Part shown: in pieces, positions 1-15,564 of the stretch | How positions within the stretch are numbered: position 1 is the first letter of the stretch | Layout: each line of letters starts with the position of its first letter | Source of the DNA: the human T2T-CHM13v2.0 reference genome, Homo sapiens | Assembly (NCBI RefSeq): GCF_009914755.1 | Contig: NC_060934.1 | Length of the DNA: 64,000 bases | Reading direction: 5' to 3' (one strand) | Notes under the pieces: model-generated | Seen by the model: only the letters and a program-made list of their open reading frames with translations | Told to the model about the DNA's origin: nothing | Database searches by the model: none | Position numbers and translations under genes: made by a program

Positions 1-209
1 TTTATGCTTATCTAGACCTCTAGAATAAGGATTCATGGATAATGAAATCAAACTTGTATTTATTCTAGTTATTATTAGTAATTATATATGTGTATATATA
101 TAATCTCATATATATTTAAATTATTTTGTATATATTTTAGTGTATTATGAAATCAGGCTTTTATTTGAGCTTTTCCCCAATAGCTTGCCAAAGTTTACAA
201 AAACATTTG

Positions 210-636
210 TGTTAAATCAAACTAAATTTGACCTAAGAAAACCTCTGTAATTGCATACTTGAGTTCTCACACATGAACTGCAACCTAACAAACTGAAACC
301 CTAAATGAGAAGTCTGCTTCTGTAACAATAGCTGAGTCTTAGCCAATCACAGCAGCCATGCTTCAACCACTCATAAGGAGCCAATTGTTCAAACCATGTT
401 CAAATAAGGCAAATGCCAAGGTGTAACTAATCCAGATGTTTGTACTTCACTTTCATTTTCTGTATGTCATTTCTTTTTCTGACCATACATCATATCTGAC
501 CATATGGTAGCCACAGACCCTCTCTGAATCTGTTCTGATTCTGATGTTGTCTGAGACACATTTTTTTCTTGATCAGTTAAACTCTGTTACATTTAATTTG
601 TTTAAATTTTTCTTTTGACAGATTTGGTGTCAGAAG
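210..636 (+). mobile_element. ERV1-class LTR (MER57/LTR54-like) followed by a primer-binding-site stub
   Basis: TGTTAAA...TGACA (210-620) with the recalled gttcaaataaggcaaa core, then TGGTGTCAGAAG (tRNA-Leu-like PBS). Confidence 0.7.
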
Positions 637-659
637 ATAAGTAAAACTGCAAAAGGCTG

Positions 660-3600
660 GAGAGGCTTCAAGATGGCTGACTAGAGGCATCAAGAACTCA
701 CCTCCTCCACAAAGAAAAATAAAAATAGCAAGTAATCACACTTCAAGAAGAACATCTAAGAGTGAACGCTGGAATTCAATAGATAAATGATGGGAAATAA
801 CTGAGGCATGAAAATGGAAGAAAGTGAGGCAGCAAGCTTGGCTGGGATTGGCTGGGAACCCAGAGTGGCTCCCTAGTGCAAGAAAAAGGTTAGTGAGAGA
901 TCCACAGTGGTTGACATTCTGACCATGGATTTTATAACCATAGCCAAAGGAAAACCCCTCAACCCTCATAGGCCCTGAGACTAGCGTAGGAAGGTGCCTA
1001 GAGACCATGTAACAGCACTGCTTCAGAGGGAGCTCATGTGGGTCCCAGTCCCCAGGTCTTAGGCAGCTGTAGCTCTCTGCCATTTGGAGAGCCCAGCCAC
1101 CACCAGACTGCATCCTGCACTGGAAACCAACAGCCCCTGCATTTCCACATCTCTAGAGTCCCACTGACATCTCCCTGTGTTCACCTGTAGGGCTTCAGTA
1201 GTGCAATGCCAGTTGGACCCAGCAGAGCCTCCCTAGCACTCTAGCACACACAGTGTCCTGCATCTTGGGGAATGGACAGTGCAGCACAATAGGGAGGCTG
1301 CCTCCCCAGTGTGCTGAGAGGCTGCCCTCAGAGAAAAAGGAGCCCAAGTGTGGGTTTCTTAGAGCTTGAAAACTGTCTACCTGGGGCAGTTATCATGGAC
1401 AGCAACCCTGTTCCCACCCCAGCAGTAAGGCTGCCATGCACATGCCTTGAGGGCAGGGTCTGCTACTGCTCACTGCATCTGTTGTTGCTGTCACTGGGGC
1501 CAAAGCACATGCCACTTGACAGTGACTTTGCCCTTTTCGGCAGCAGAGCCACTGCATACTTGCATCCCCTTTACTACTGGTTTTCCCTGTTGCTGCTGCT
1601 ACCACTGCTGCTGCCACCCCTCAACAGCTAGGGGCTGAATCTCACACTTCCCAGATCCTGAGAACTCCTGCCTATGGCTGGAGCCACTGTAAGCAACCTG
1701 CCTATGGCCCAGCCATTTGCACATACCCTGAGGACAGTTTCCCCTGGCCCACTGCTGCCACTGCCACAGCCACTTGAGCACTCTGCCAGTGGGCCTGGGG
1801 ACCCCTCCATTTTGCCAACCACAGCCATCACCTGAGTGTTCCATTGAGGGGCCTGAGGATACACCCACCCACCTTGACACTGCTTACCTCAGTGCCCAAG
1901 CACACTGCCTGGGGGCCTAGGGATTACCCCCACTCTGTTCACCATTGCTGGCCTCTATGTACTCCTCCTAGGGGCCTGATGATGGACCCACTCAGTCTAC
2001 CACTACCACCACAGCCAGCATCCATTTGCATGTACCACTTTGGGTTTAGGGAACTGGCCTACCCAGCCATCACTAACACTGATGTGTGTTGCTTCAGAGC
2101 CTTAGAGTTGCTGTGTTGTTGCTATTGTCAACACTCACTCCACACATGCTGCCAAGGGAAGGACCTGCCCGCTGGCCAGGCCTACCACTATGACTGCCAG
2201 CACCCAAGCCAGCCACATGGAGGCCTAAGAACTGGCCCATTTGTACCTGCTGACACTAGTGCCTGTGTACACTGCCTGGGGTCACAAGGAGAGGTACATT
2301 TACCCTGCCACTGCCACCATCAGGGTTTGAGGGCACACCCACCTAACATCCCCAACCGCAGCAAAACATCATCATAGCCTCCACTAACAACCACAGCCTA
2401 AGCCACTAGGGAAATCACACACCACTGATACTGCTTAGAGGTGAAGAAATCATAGAGAGACTACATTACTTCATACACTTAGAAGCAAAGCTAAAGTGTC
2501 CTACCCAATAAAAACCATGGAAATATCTTCAGGAAAAAGCCAATCCAAAATGTATGAAGAAGCAACTGTTACAAAAGATGTGCAGATATCAATGTAAAAC
2601 GCAAGAAACATGACTAAACAAGGAAATATGACACTTCCAAAAGATTACAATAATTCTTTAGCAACAGATTTCACTGGAAAAAAAATTTATGAAACGTGGG
2701 AAAAATAATTTTTAAAAATGATATTATAAAAGCTCAGTAAGACACAAGAGGACATAAACAATACAAAAAGTTAGAAATCAACTGAGGATATGAATGAAAA
2801 ATTCACCAGAGAAACAGATATAATAGAAAAAAGAATCAAACAGAAATTCTGAAAGTGAAGAATTCAATGAACAAAATAAAAATTTATTCAAGAGCTTCCA
2901 CAGTAGAGTGGAGCAAAAAGAAGAAAGCATCTCAGAACTTGAAGGCAGACCTTTTGAAATAACCCAGCCAGAGCCCCCGTCCCCATGCCCTACTCACACA
3001 AAAGAATAAAAAACAATGAACTAAACTTACAGAACATACGGGACACTATAAAGCAACCAAAAACAGAAATTTGGGGTGTTCCAAATGGTGAAGAGACCCA
3101 AGGTATAGAAAACCTGATTAACAAAATAATAGCTGAAAACTTCCCAAATTTAGTAAGAGATTTAACATTCAGATACAAGAAGTTTAGAAATTCACAGGTA
3201 ATTAAAAACTCAAAAGGTCTTTTCCACAGCACATTATAGTAAACTGTCAAAAGTCAAACAGAGAATTCTAAAAAGAGTAAGAGAAAGGAAAAAGCTCTGG
3301 TCACATATATAGGAAGCCCGATCAGAAGAACAGTTAATTTCTCAGCAGTAACCTTATAGGCCAGGAGAGAATGGGATAATACAGGAGAGAATGGGATAAT
3401 ATATTTCCCCCCTAAAAAGGGGGCCAAAAAACCTGTCAGCCAATAATACTATACCTAACAACATTATTCTTTATCTTTAAAAAATGTGAAATAAAGTTTT
3501 TTCCACACAAGCAAAACCTGAGGGAATTCATCATCACTAGACCAGCCTTAGAAGAAATACTTAAGGGAGTCCTATGCCTGGAAGTGAATGAATGATAGCT

Positions 3601-6360
3601 ACCGTCATGAAAACATACAAAAGTCTAAAACTTGCTGGTAGAGTAAACACAGAAATAAGAAAAAGAACTCAAATGTTACCACTATAGAAAACCAGCACAC
3701 CATAATGATAAACTACAAGAGAGAAAGAAAGGAAAAATATACAAAACAATCAGAAAACATTTAACAAAATGACAGAAATAAGTCTTCATATATCAATAAT
3801 AACCTTGAATGTAAATGGATTAAATTTTCCACTTAAAAGATAAAATCTGGCTGAATGAATTTTGAAAATGCCCCAACTATATGCTGCATACAAGAAACTC
3901 ACTTCACATGTAAACACATGTAGACTAAAAGGAAAGGAATGAAAAAAGATATATCACACAAATAGAAACCAAAAGTGAGTAGAAGTAGCTATACTTATAT
4001 CAGATAAAACAGACTTTAAGACAAAAGCATTAAAAAGTGACAAAGAAGGTCATATTATATAATGATAAAGGGATCAATTCAGCAAGAAAATACAACAATT
4101 CTAAAGATATATGCACCCAACACCAGAGCCCCCATATACATAATGCAAATATTATTAAATCTAATAGACTTCAATACAGTAATTGTTGGGGACTTCAACA
4201 GTTCACTCTCACCATTAGACATGTCATCCACAAAGAAAACCAACAAGGAAAAAATAAATTTAACCTACAGCTTAGAACAAATGGACCTAGGAGACATCTA
4301 CAGAATATTTCATCCAACAACTGCAGAATACATGTTCTTCTAATCAGCAAATAGAACATTATCCAAGATAGACCATATGTCAGGTCACAAAACAAATCTC
4401 AATAAATTTTTAAAATATCAAAATCATACCAAATATCTTCTCAGACCATCATGGAATAAAGCTAGAAATGAATAACAAGAGGAACTTGGAAAATGTACAA
4501 GTACATGGAAATTAATCAATGTGATTCTGAACAACCATTGTGTCAATGAGGAAATTAAAAAGGAAATCAAAACATTTGTTGAAGCAAATGAAAATGGAAA
4601 CACAACATACCCAAACATATGGTATACAGCAAAAGCAATGCCTAAGAGAGAAGTTTGTAGCAATAAAGACCTACATCAAAGAAGTAGAAACAATTCAAGT
4701 AAGCAATCTAATGACGTACTTCAAGGAATTAGAAAAGCAAGAGCAAACCAAACCCAAAATTAGTGTAAGGAAAGAAACAATGAAGATCAGATCAGAGTAA
4801 AACTAAATGAAATTGGCTAAAAATACAAAGAATCAATGAAAAGCAAAGTTGGTTTTTTGGAAAGATAAAATGGATAAACTGCTAGATAGGCTACCCAAGA
4901 AAAAAAGAGATAAGACCCAAATAAACAAAATCAGAAATGAAAAAGGAGACATAGTAACTAATACTACAGAAATACAAAACACATCAAAAACTATTGTGAA
5001 CAACTATTTACCAAAAAACTGGAAAACCTATAGAAAATGGATAAATTCCTGGACACTTACAACCTACCAAGATTGAAACTAGAAGAATCAGAAAACGCGA
5101 ACAGACCAATAATGAGTACAAGATTGAATCAGTAATGTGAAAATTTACCAACAAAGAAAAGCCCAGGACTGTATGGCTTCACTGCCAAATTCTACCAAAC
5201 TTATGAAGAAGAACTAATGTAAATTCTCCTCAAGTTATTCTAAAAAATAGAAGAGGCCTCATTCTATGAGGCCAGCATTATTCTGATACCAAAACCAAAC
5301 AAGAACGCACCAAAAAAGGAAAACTACAAGCCAATAACCCTGATGAACATAGACACAAAATATCCTCAACAAAATACTAGCAAATTGAGTGAAACAGCAC
5401 ATCAAAAAGATAATCCCGCCATGATCAAGTGGGATTTACTCTGGGGATGCAAGGATGATTTAACGTACACAAATCAATAAACATGATATATCACATCAAC
5501 AGAATGAAGGACAAAAACCATATGATCATCTCAACAGATGCAGAAAAAGCATTTGATAAAATAAAAAAAAGCTTTTTGACAAAAACTCTTGACAAATTAG
5601 GCATAATAACGGCCTCATATGACAAACTCACAGCTAACATCATATGAAATGGGGAAAAGCTGAAAGCTTTCCCTCTAAGAAGTGGAACAAGGCAGGGATG
5701 CCCACTTTCACCACTCCTATTCAAAATAGTACTGGATATCTTAGCCAGAGCAATCAGGCAAGTGAAAGAAATAAAAGGCATCCAAACTGGAAGAGAGGAA
5801 GTCAAATTTTCCCTCTTGGCAAATGACATGATTTTATACTTAGAAAAACCTAAAGACTCCACCAAAAAACTTCTAGATCTGACAAACAAATTCAGTAAAG
5901 TTGCAGGATACAAAATCAACATAGAGTCTGGGTGCAGTGGCTCACATATGTAATCCCAGCATTTTGGTGGAAGGATTGCTTGAGCCCAGGATTTCGAGAC
6001 CAGCCTGGACAACATAGTGAGATGCTCATCTTTATTATAATTTAAAAAAATTGTTAAATCAACATACAAAATTCAGTAGCACCAATAATAACAGCTGGAA
6101 AAGAAATCAAAAAGGCAATCCCATTAACAATAACTACAAAAGAAATACCTAGAAATAAATTTATCCAAGGAGGTGAAAGATCTCAACAAGGAAAACTATA
6201 AAACACTGATGAAAGAAATTGAAGAGGACACAAACAAATGGAAAGACATCCCATTTACACAAACTGGTTGAGTTAATATTGCTAAAGTGATTGTACTACC
6301 CAAAGCCATCTGCAGATTCGATGCAATTACTAAAAAAAATACCAATGCCATTTTTCACAC
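660..6360 (+). mobile_element. Old L1 (L1MA/L1PB-type): 5' UTR, ORF1 and about two thirds of ORF2; decayed and 3'-truncated
   Basis: Starts at caagatggctgactagag. ORF fragments include ORF1 IIAENFPNL, endonuclease IYAPN/GDFN and [15 protein letters not shown]. Many stops and no poly-A. Confidence 0.93.
5926..6055 (+). mobile_element. Alu monomer (FLAM/AluJ-like) inserted in L1 ORF2
   Basis: Alu left-arm sequence flanked by the TSD aaatcaacata. Confidence 0.85.
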
Positions 6361-6480
6361 ACCAACTCCACACAGACAGTGACCTCAGCCGGGAATGGAT
6401 TTTTTTCTGATCAGCATCGTCATTTCTCACTCAGTGTTCAGATGACGTTGAATGAAATGACGTTATTCAAGGACCTGCTG
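6361..6480 (-). mobile_element. MER6-like (Tigger family) DNA transposon end fragment
   Basis: Reverse complement begins CAGCAGGTCCTTGAATAACGTC, like the recalled MER6 terminus. Confidence 0.7.
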
Positions 6481-9400
6481 TGTGACATTTTGCACTGTAG
6501 AGAGATGCACTTGCAGGTGTTTCCATAGATCACTCTGACAGCAGGATATGGGGCGGAACCTGACTCAGACATGAGCCTCCCCTCAGGTCAGTTCATAGCC
6601 CGGCTCTACCACTCAACAACCCTGCCACGTTGAGCCTATCACTAAACATCAGAGCCTCGGTGTCCACAGCTGCGAAATGTAGACAGTAGTGACTACCTTG
6701 CAGGACAGAGAGGTGGCCATGCACAGAGTAAGGACCTGGAGCCAGGCTGTTGGATGCTGGTCCTATTGCTTCCTGGCTGTGTGACCCTGGGTAGGTTACC
6801 TAACTTTGTAGGGCCTCTAGCTTCCTCCCCACAATAGAGTTATGGCATATATTAGTTTGTGGAATGTAGTTGCAACAGTGTCTGGCCCACCTTAAGATCT
6901 ATATGAATGGCAGCTATGAGCCTTCCTGGGTGTTGTGAGAATGAAATGAGATCCAGTTTCTAAAGGGCCTCCTGCTGTGGTGCGCACACGGATTAAACTC
7001 ACTGGAAAGGCTGTTATATCATTGTGGGCACTATATTTGGTGACAGAGAGTAAGGTTTCACACTATTAGCCTGACTTTCCTGATGGATCGAGTAATATTG
7101 TTTCCCATTAACGTAATGAGCATCCACAGGATAAGGTGAAGGAGAATCCTCAGCATGGATGGGAGGTAGAGTCTGGCTCAAGAGCCTCTGAATCTTGCTG
7201 CTTCATTTTGTATGAGTGTGTAGTGGGGATGGCCTGGAAGAGGACACTATCAAAAAATTTATTCAGGGAACTGAAGGTGATGGAGCAGGGAGACACACTC
7301 AATTTAAAACAAAAAAAAATTGAAATTAAACAAGACTGACTGCTTTTGCCACAAAAATGCTGAGGTTTTTGGTAAACTGAGCCTTGGAGAATTTCCTGCA
7401 TTATTATGTGCTGAAATGCAAAATGTTTGGATTTGCTGAAACAATAAACTAAACAAGGTTTTAAAAGGCAGCAGCTCCTCTAAATTCGACAGCACACTCC
7501 AGTCGAAGAGGCTCAACTTCCCGAGCTTATCACACCCCCAGGTCAGCCCACAATGCCAAGTCAGGAAGAGGAGTTTGGAAATAGCCTCCTCACAAGGCCG
7601 GGCATGGATGGAGAAAGAGGCATGCACTGGTTCTGTCAGGATCCCCCAACCTGCTGAGGGCCTGAGTGAATCCCTGTCTGAGGGGAGATCCTGGAAGAGG
7701 GGTGTGCAGCACACAGGTGGCCTCTTCACTCTGCAGTGAAGAGACAGACAGCCTATGCCTGTCCTGGCAGGACGTCTCACTGATGCCTCCACAGCCCTGC
7801 AGTTGCAGTTGGGCTGCCTGGCTGGGGCCGAGCCACCCATCCAAGCCTGGTCTCCAGCGGGTTCTCACTGAGATGCACTCTCTCTCCTCCAGCCTCAGGG
7901 CTCCTTCTCACTCAGGGAACCCCTGGCTCAGGCAGGAAGGTCACATTCCCAGTGTCTCCAAGCAGAAAGCTGCTGAGCTCACCAGCAGCCTGGCTGGTGT
8001 CTGGCTCTGTACACTCATGACTAGGCTTACAGTCTGACCCTGTGGCTCTGAAATGGGCTGAAGGTCTCAGGGGGACGCGTCCTCTTTAGTGTATGATTCA
8101 CGTTAGACCCTGGGGCCAGCACACCGAAGGCTTAAAGAGGAGAACAGGAATTCCTGTCAGCCTGTCTGAATTCTTGGGTACCCGACAGAAATCCTACAAG
8201 ACACTCAGTCGGGTGTTCACGACTACAGTTGGGAAGGACAAGGTCAAATTAGATTGTGGCAGAGGAGCTAGAAGGGAGCCCAGGTCTACAAGCCACAGCT
8301 ATGGGCCTCCCTGGGTTAGGGACAGATCTGGGGTTGATTTCTGATAGCCCTGGAGACAGCCACTTGTGGCCTTGGGCAACTTTCTGGGCCACTCTGGGCC
8401 TCTATTTTGCCATTAGTAAAATACAGATTGTCTCTCCTGCTGGAGAATTTCAGGGTGAACTTCACACAGTGACAGCGGAAAGGGCCTGGCAGAGCCCTGG
8501 GCAGTGTAATTGCCCTCCTTAATACAATTACTCTGCCACCCTCCCCCAAACTTTAGCTGCTTTTGGGAATGGGACAATTTCAGAGACTTGCTCCATCCCC
8601 TATCTCACCACACTGGGCAGTAAGGCCATTTCTGGCCCTTTCCCATGCCCACCCTCCCGTCTCTTGCCTTCCCTCTGCTTGAGGTGCCCGGTTTCACACC
8701 CCACAGTCGAGCTCTGTCCCTTCTGACTGAGCCTCTCGCTGTTCAGTGCATAAATCTGGACTAGGCTGTGGACTGGAACTGGGCTGTGGCAACGTGGAGA
8801 GGCCTTATGGGACCTCAGATGGAAAGTGGGCTTCTGTGCAAGCGTGGCTGGGATTGAGAGCCCTGTGCAGAGGCACAGAGCCAGGAACCCAGCAGCTGGA
8901 GCAGCCCTGCCTGCCTCTGACACCAGCAATGCCCTGCCAGGTGTCAGCACGCCTCCCAGGGCCTCCCGGCCCGTTTCTTATCAGCAGCGTCCAGAGGCTT
9001 GCAGCCTGCAAGGCCTTTTCAGTGCGCAGCCACCTGGCCACTGAGAGTGTATGCTGACCTGATGCAGGAGGTCTGGCCAGTGCAGGTCCCTCTATAAACC
9101 CTGGGGATGAGATCATCTTCCAGGTGTAAAAGGCTGGACTGTGGGAGGCACAGGGAGATGAGCCCCAGGCCCAGCCAGTAGCAGGGCTCTCCAGGGACCC
9201 AGGGCCTGAGCAGAGAAGCCCCTTGGTGCTGATCCGAAAGGAGAGCAGTGCAGAGTAAGGGCAGGAGCCAGGCCCAGGGCACATCCAGCCCTATCACTCG
9301 CGGGCTTTAGGAGCAAGGACATGCCACTTAATATCTCAGCGCTTCAGGCCCCTTCAGTAAACTGGATAATAATAGCACGTAGGTACAGTTACTGGGAGGA

Positions 9401-9786
9401 TGAAAACAGTGAAAGCATGGCCTAGGCTAGCAACTGGCCCACAGAGGACTCTGTATATTACTGAGGCCTCGTTAGTAATTATTAGTCCTCATTCATAATA
9501 AGTTACAAAGAGAAAATCTTAACAATTTCGTCCTCCCCATGGTCCCAAGGCAATGATACAGTAAGGAATCCTTATTCCCTGTTAGAACCAATGTTGCCCC
9601 GACAACGCTGTCAGCCATCCCAACCAGCACTTCTGACCCCAGGGGACCAGCAAAGGAAGCACATAGTCCCAAGTCCAGAAACGGGCTGGGAGGCCCATGG
9701 GCACCGTTTCTGTGTGTCTTGTGCCGTCCTCTTTGGCAGACGCCTGACATGGCTCTCTGAGCCACAATCCCAGAGGACAGCAGTCA

Positions 9787-9969
<183 letters not shown>

Positions 9970-11359
9970 TCAGGACCCCCCAGCCCGCCATGGCTCTATC
10001 CCAAGGAACACACGCAGACAAAGCTCCCATTTCCCCCTGGGGGAGGGGCCTGGCAGGGTTGCATGTTGGAGACATGGTCACTGTGGCCACAGAAAGTTTT
10101 GGAATCTGGACAAAAAAGTATTTTGGTTGTAGGAAGAAGAAAAGCCAGGGGCAGATTCATACAAAAAGTCCAAAGGCGGGAGGAGCCTGTGGTTCCAAGC
10201 AGAGGTCCTGAAGGGGAGCATGAGTTAGGCCTGGGGGCCCAGCATGGGGGCCTGGGCAGGGAGAAGGAGCCTTGCTGCTGGGGCACACAAGGGGAAGGCA
10301 GGTGAGAGGACCATGCCCTGCTCAGGGAGTAGGTACCTGACACCAGGGAAGAGAGAAGAGGAAGGCAGAGAAAAACAGGCCAGAAAGCAGCCCAGGACCC
10401 ACGGCGGGCAGCCCCTTGGCCACTCGGCGCTGCAGTCAGGCCTTTCTGGGCTCCGGTGGGGATGGGATGAGGGCCGTGTGTTGCAAGGCAGTGCAGGCCG
10501 CTGGCAGGTGACTTCCTCCCCCTGGAGACATGTGCCCCACACTCTGAGGAGAGACAGGCCTGGCTTCCCCAGATGCCCACTGAGGCTGCAGAGGAGCCTG
10601 ACCCTCCCAGGAGGAAGCAAGAGATCCGACCACAGACAGAGCCAGGACCAAGGGGGAGAGGGGCAGAGCCAGGTAGGAACTCTGGGGTCCTTCTCCCTCA
10701 ACATCAGCCACCCAGGCGCCCTCTCTACCCCTGTGCAGGGCCCCCTGCTGCTGCCTGGCTGGGTTCCCCTCAGCAAGATGGGCCCTGGACCCGCCCGTGA
10801 AGGAGGTTTCCTCAGGGAGAGTGGCTGTTGTGTTGGCTCCGGGGCTCAAGCTCCTGCACAGGTGTCTTGTGAGGGCGCTTTCAGGCCTCCACCTCCTCCC
10901 CTCCCTGCAGCACCTGTCAGCCCATCACAGCAGGCGACAAGCCCACTCAGTGACAGCTTTTCCTCACTGCCTGAAGATCCTGCTGCCCGGGCTGGCAGGT
11001 GCCCCTGGCATCCTTGCAGTGTTCGTGGTGGTGAGAACGTGTGTCAGGACTGGTCATTTCTATTTTTTTTCTTTCTGATCTGCATGACCTTTTGTGACTC
11101 AGGTTGCCTGACCCATGCACCTGCAGGCAGGTGGTCTAAAGCCCAGGGCCACTGCCAGAGCTGAGGCACCCCTGTGGAAACCAGGGACTGGTCAGACATC
11201 AGAAGCTGCCACTGTACAGAAACATGGATCCTTCTAGAGAGGGAGTTCAATGTGTGGGGACAGACCTGGTGGTGCAGGGGACAGGAGCCCTCATATATGC
11301 CTGCCACTGGGGCACGAGGGTGAGGTGGGCATCTGGTTGCTCTTGGCATCACGTGTCTA

Positions 11360-11626
<267 letters not shown>

Positions 11627-13041
11627 CTAAGAAACAATGGTCTGCTGACTTTTCGGACAACTCTTAAGAGCAAGGGTATGATGTCATTGCCTCAGCCAGC
11701 ACCGGGCACAGTGCCGGCCACTCCCAGATGTGTATCTGGGGAATGAAAGGACCAGTAAGAAGCCCACACCACAGGGGACCATCCTTCACGTGAGAAAAAC
11801 ACAAACTCCTCCTGGTTTGCAGACATGGCTCTTCCCCTAAATGCTAACAACTTCATCCCGGTCGCCTTGGTTCTCCCAAGGCCAGCCTTGTTGGAGGAGG
11901 CCTGCCCTGGGAGCTGTGCAATGGTCCCAGCATTTGCAGGTGACTGTCCGCATCCACCTGGTTGCAGATGCAGCCTCCCTGGGCCCACTCTGCAGCACCG
12001 CAGAGGCCACCCTTGGCCAGGGAGGCCTGTTCCCACCCCATCCCAGGCTCAGGGCCTCCTACCTCAGCTACTCACCACTGCCTATGGCCCCTGGTGTGGG
12101 TCCCCAGCCCAGGTGAGCCACAGCCTGCTCCCCGACTCCTGGCCCCTGTGTTCACTGGGCTGGTGTCCCTCCCAGCTGGGTGCTCGCCAGGCCTCCTTCA
12201 CCCCTCAGCCCTGTAGTCCCTAGAAGCTAACTCCAGCCAGACCCTTGTCCCTGCCAGGAAACAGGGATCCAGAGAGGCCAAATGGAGCCACACCTGCATC
12301 CGGAGCCTGGGGATGGGGCTAAGCTCTGTCCTCTCCACCCTCTGCTCTGTCCTCTGTCTGCAGCTCTCTGGGCTGGCTTCTTCCACCCCAGCTTCCAGCA
12401 CCCCTGACACTCTCCCCGCCCCAGCCTCCATCTCTGCTTTTGGCTCCTGCTCTGCCTTACAGGGGGCCCTTCCCACTTCTGTGGGGTGGACATTTCAGCC
12501 TCAGCCACAACAAGCCAGGACTGTGAGCTGCCTGTGGGGAGCTTCATTTCTGTCCCTCACCAGCCCAGCATGGGGCCCAGGGGAAGCTGGAGCTCAGTAA
12601 AGACAGATGAAGGAATGGGGAAGGCACCAGACATGTGCTGAGATCCATGCTGGTTCCTCAAGGTACAGACAGCTGGGGGTTACAGCACTGTCCTCCATTT
12701 GGGCCATCAGGACCTCATGGGGGCCCCTCTCTTCCTCCCTCCACACAGAGGCTGCCTCCTGGCCCTTGTCCATCTGTGGCTTCCAGAAGTCCGGATTGTT
12801 GAGGCAGCCCTGGTTTCAGGGGTTCTGGGGTCACTTCTCTCTAGGAGCCAGGGCAGGCTTCAGCCCCATGTCCAGGACATCCCAGGCCAGCTCTCTGTGG
12901 CCAGCCCGGGGCAGGAGGCCCTGCAGAAGCCCAGGTTTGCTAGGCTCTGGGAATGTGTGGACAGGTCTGCGACTCCCCGGGCTCATGTGATGAGCTGGGA
13001 GCTGAGGGAAACTTCCCACAGGCGGGATCATGGGGCAGTCA

Positions 13042-13389
<348 letters not shown>

Positions 13390-13914
13390 CTACAAACCCC
13401 TCCTCTGGCCCCGCTGAAAGTCTCTGCCCAAGAGCCCTGCCAAGAAAGTCCCGGAAGCTTCCACTGTCTGACAAACCCACCCTCACTGCACACCTCGCCT
13501 GCAGCACAGGGCTTCTGTGAGGACCACAAAATCTCCAGGTACAATGATGGGCAAGGGTGGGGGTGCTGCAGCCAAGAGAGGTGCAGGCGCAGGAGCAAGG
13601 ACAGGAGACCCGGGTCCATCCCCACAGCCTCTATCCCCAATTCCAGGCTCTGCACCGTGGGCACATCCACACAGAGCTCTGAGCCTCAGCCTCCACACCT
13701 CTGCAAAGAGAACGGGCCTCCCTCCCTGGGGGCACTTGTGAGGTTTAGAGAGCTCAGAGAAAGACCTGGCTCAGAACCAGGGCCACATGGGGTGTAAGCA
13801 ACCAGAACTCTTCTCTGGGTGTTCTTCACAGTAAAGGGAACTTGGGCAGCATCCGTGGGAATACAGGCTGCCCAGGCCTTCCCCAAATCCAGAGTTCTGT
13901 TTAGAGAGAAAGAT

Positions 13915-14030
13915 GGGGAGGGCAGGGGAGGGCAGGGAGGGGAGGGGAGGGGAAGGGAAGGCAGGAGAGGGGAAGGGAAGGGAGGGGAGGGGAGGGGAGA
14001 AGAAAGGAGGGGAGAGGAGGGGAGGGGGCC
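13915..14030. repeat. GA-rich polypurine tract (GGGGA/GGGAA units), G4- and triplex-prone
   Basis: About 115 nt almost entirely G and A. Confidence 0.85.
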
Positions 14031-14969
14031 TGTGCTGAGAACCTGGCTGGCTGAAGGAGAGGAACCACCGAGGCTGAGCATGAAGGCCGCCGGTGAGGCT
14101 GGAGCCCCAGGGCTGCTCCTGATGTGCCTGTCACTGTGGAGCCGTTAGTGGGTGGATTCCTGATGGGGAATGTGTGCGTTCAGCCTGCTAATCCATGCGT
14201 GGATATGCAGGGACAGGCAGGGGTAGACCCAGAGGGAGGACTGTCAACACTGGTGCGTCCTCACAAATAAGACTGGACACAAGGCGGTGGAGTGGGCTCA
14301 GGCCTCCCGCCTGTCCCTCCAGCACATCCTCCTCCCTATGCGGCCCTGGGCCATGCTGCCCAAAGATGTGGAGCTCTGAAAAGCAGGCACTGGGGGCACA
14401 GCACTTCCATTCTCAGGGGCCTCTCGGAGCTGAGCCCGGGTCCCAGTGCCCAGAGCCTCCCCTTCAGCAGCAGGAGGGGACGAAATGCAGGACCTGGTGA
14501 GGGAGCAGGGAGGGACATCTCAGGGGCCCGAGCAAGGAGGAGAGGCAGAAAGGAGGTTCAAGGCATCTGGGCAATGACAGCAGGTTACAACCAGGCAGGC
14601 TCAGGGGCCAGGGTCATGAGCAGGTTCAGGACCAGATCAGCAGCTGGGGCACCAGTTCAGTGGCACACGCACCCTGATGGCAGTGTGTGGAATCCTCCAG
14701 AGCTCCTGGGCCTGGGAGGTCCACGTGGAGAAGGTGGACACCCAAGAGGTACTGGACTCTAAGCTCCTGGCAGACAGCCTCCCAGCTTCAACCACCTGTG
14801 CCAGCTGGAAGCCGGGTTGGAGCAGCCTCAGGTGCCTGCTGCACACGCTACTTTCTGGGACTGCCTGGAAACTGTCTGCCCTTTCTGTGCTCCCCAGGGT
14901 GTATCTCCTTCTAGTGCAGGGACTCTGGACAGTCCTCATACGTGTTTGCAGCCCCATGCTGGTACTCAC

Positions 14970-15045
14970 ACATGTGGTGCTGGTGATGCTGACATTGCTC
15001 TTGAATGTTTTGCCGTTGTTCAAGCTGACTTCAATGAAGTACTCC
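14970..15045 (-). pseudogene. ANTXRLP1: pseudo-exon 12 (EYFIEVSLNNGKTFKSNVSITSTTC)
   Basis: 76 nt, AG/GT intact, ANTXR-family VSxNxG motif. Confidence 0.9.
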
Positions 15046-15564
15046 CTAAAGCAAGAAAACACAGACGGTGAGAGCCAGCCCAGAGAGATGCAGTTCTTGA
15101 CCTTGGCCAGTGGACAGCGTGGGTAATGAGAGGTCATTCCCCAAACGCTTGCAGGTAAACTCAGCAATGATGACCAAAGGGTAAGTGGGTCAGGCAGCGA
15201 GGGGCCCTGCATGGGGTCTCATGCCATTGTGACCGTGTCCTAAATGACCAGGGACCACTGCTTGGTGTCACCATCCCAGCTGTTCTGTATTTACAGAGTC
15301 TGTTGGCTTAACTCTGAGAAGCAACCTGGAGCAAAGGTACCATTCCTCAGGCAATCATCTCCTGCATCCTGTCCTCCTCACAGACCCTAGGATGCTGCAG
15401 ATCCCTGAATACCTTGGGGGCGGCCACCAACAATAGAAGGTGGAGAGGGTGCCCTTAACCCAGTGGCAGACACGTGCCGCCCCAGCAGTGGGGGTGGCAT
15501 CCACATTCTGTACAGCTCACAGTGCCCAACCCTGACCCCCTGGCCTCCTAACCTATAGGGCCTC

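Noticed and set aside
3362-3401. Perfect 20-bp tandem duplication caggagagaatgggataata
   Set aside because: Ordinary slippage or repair duplication within a dead L1.
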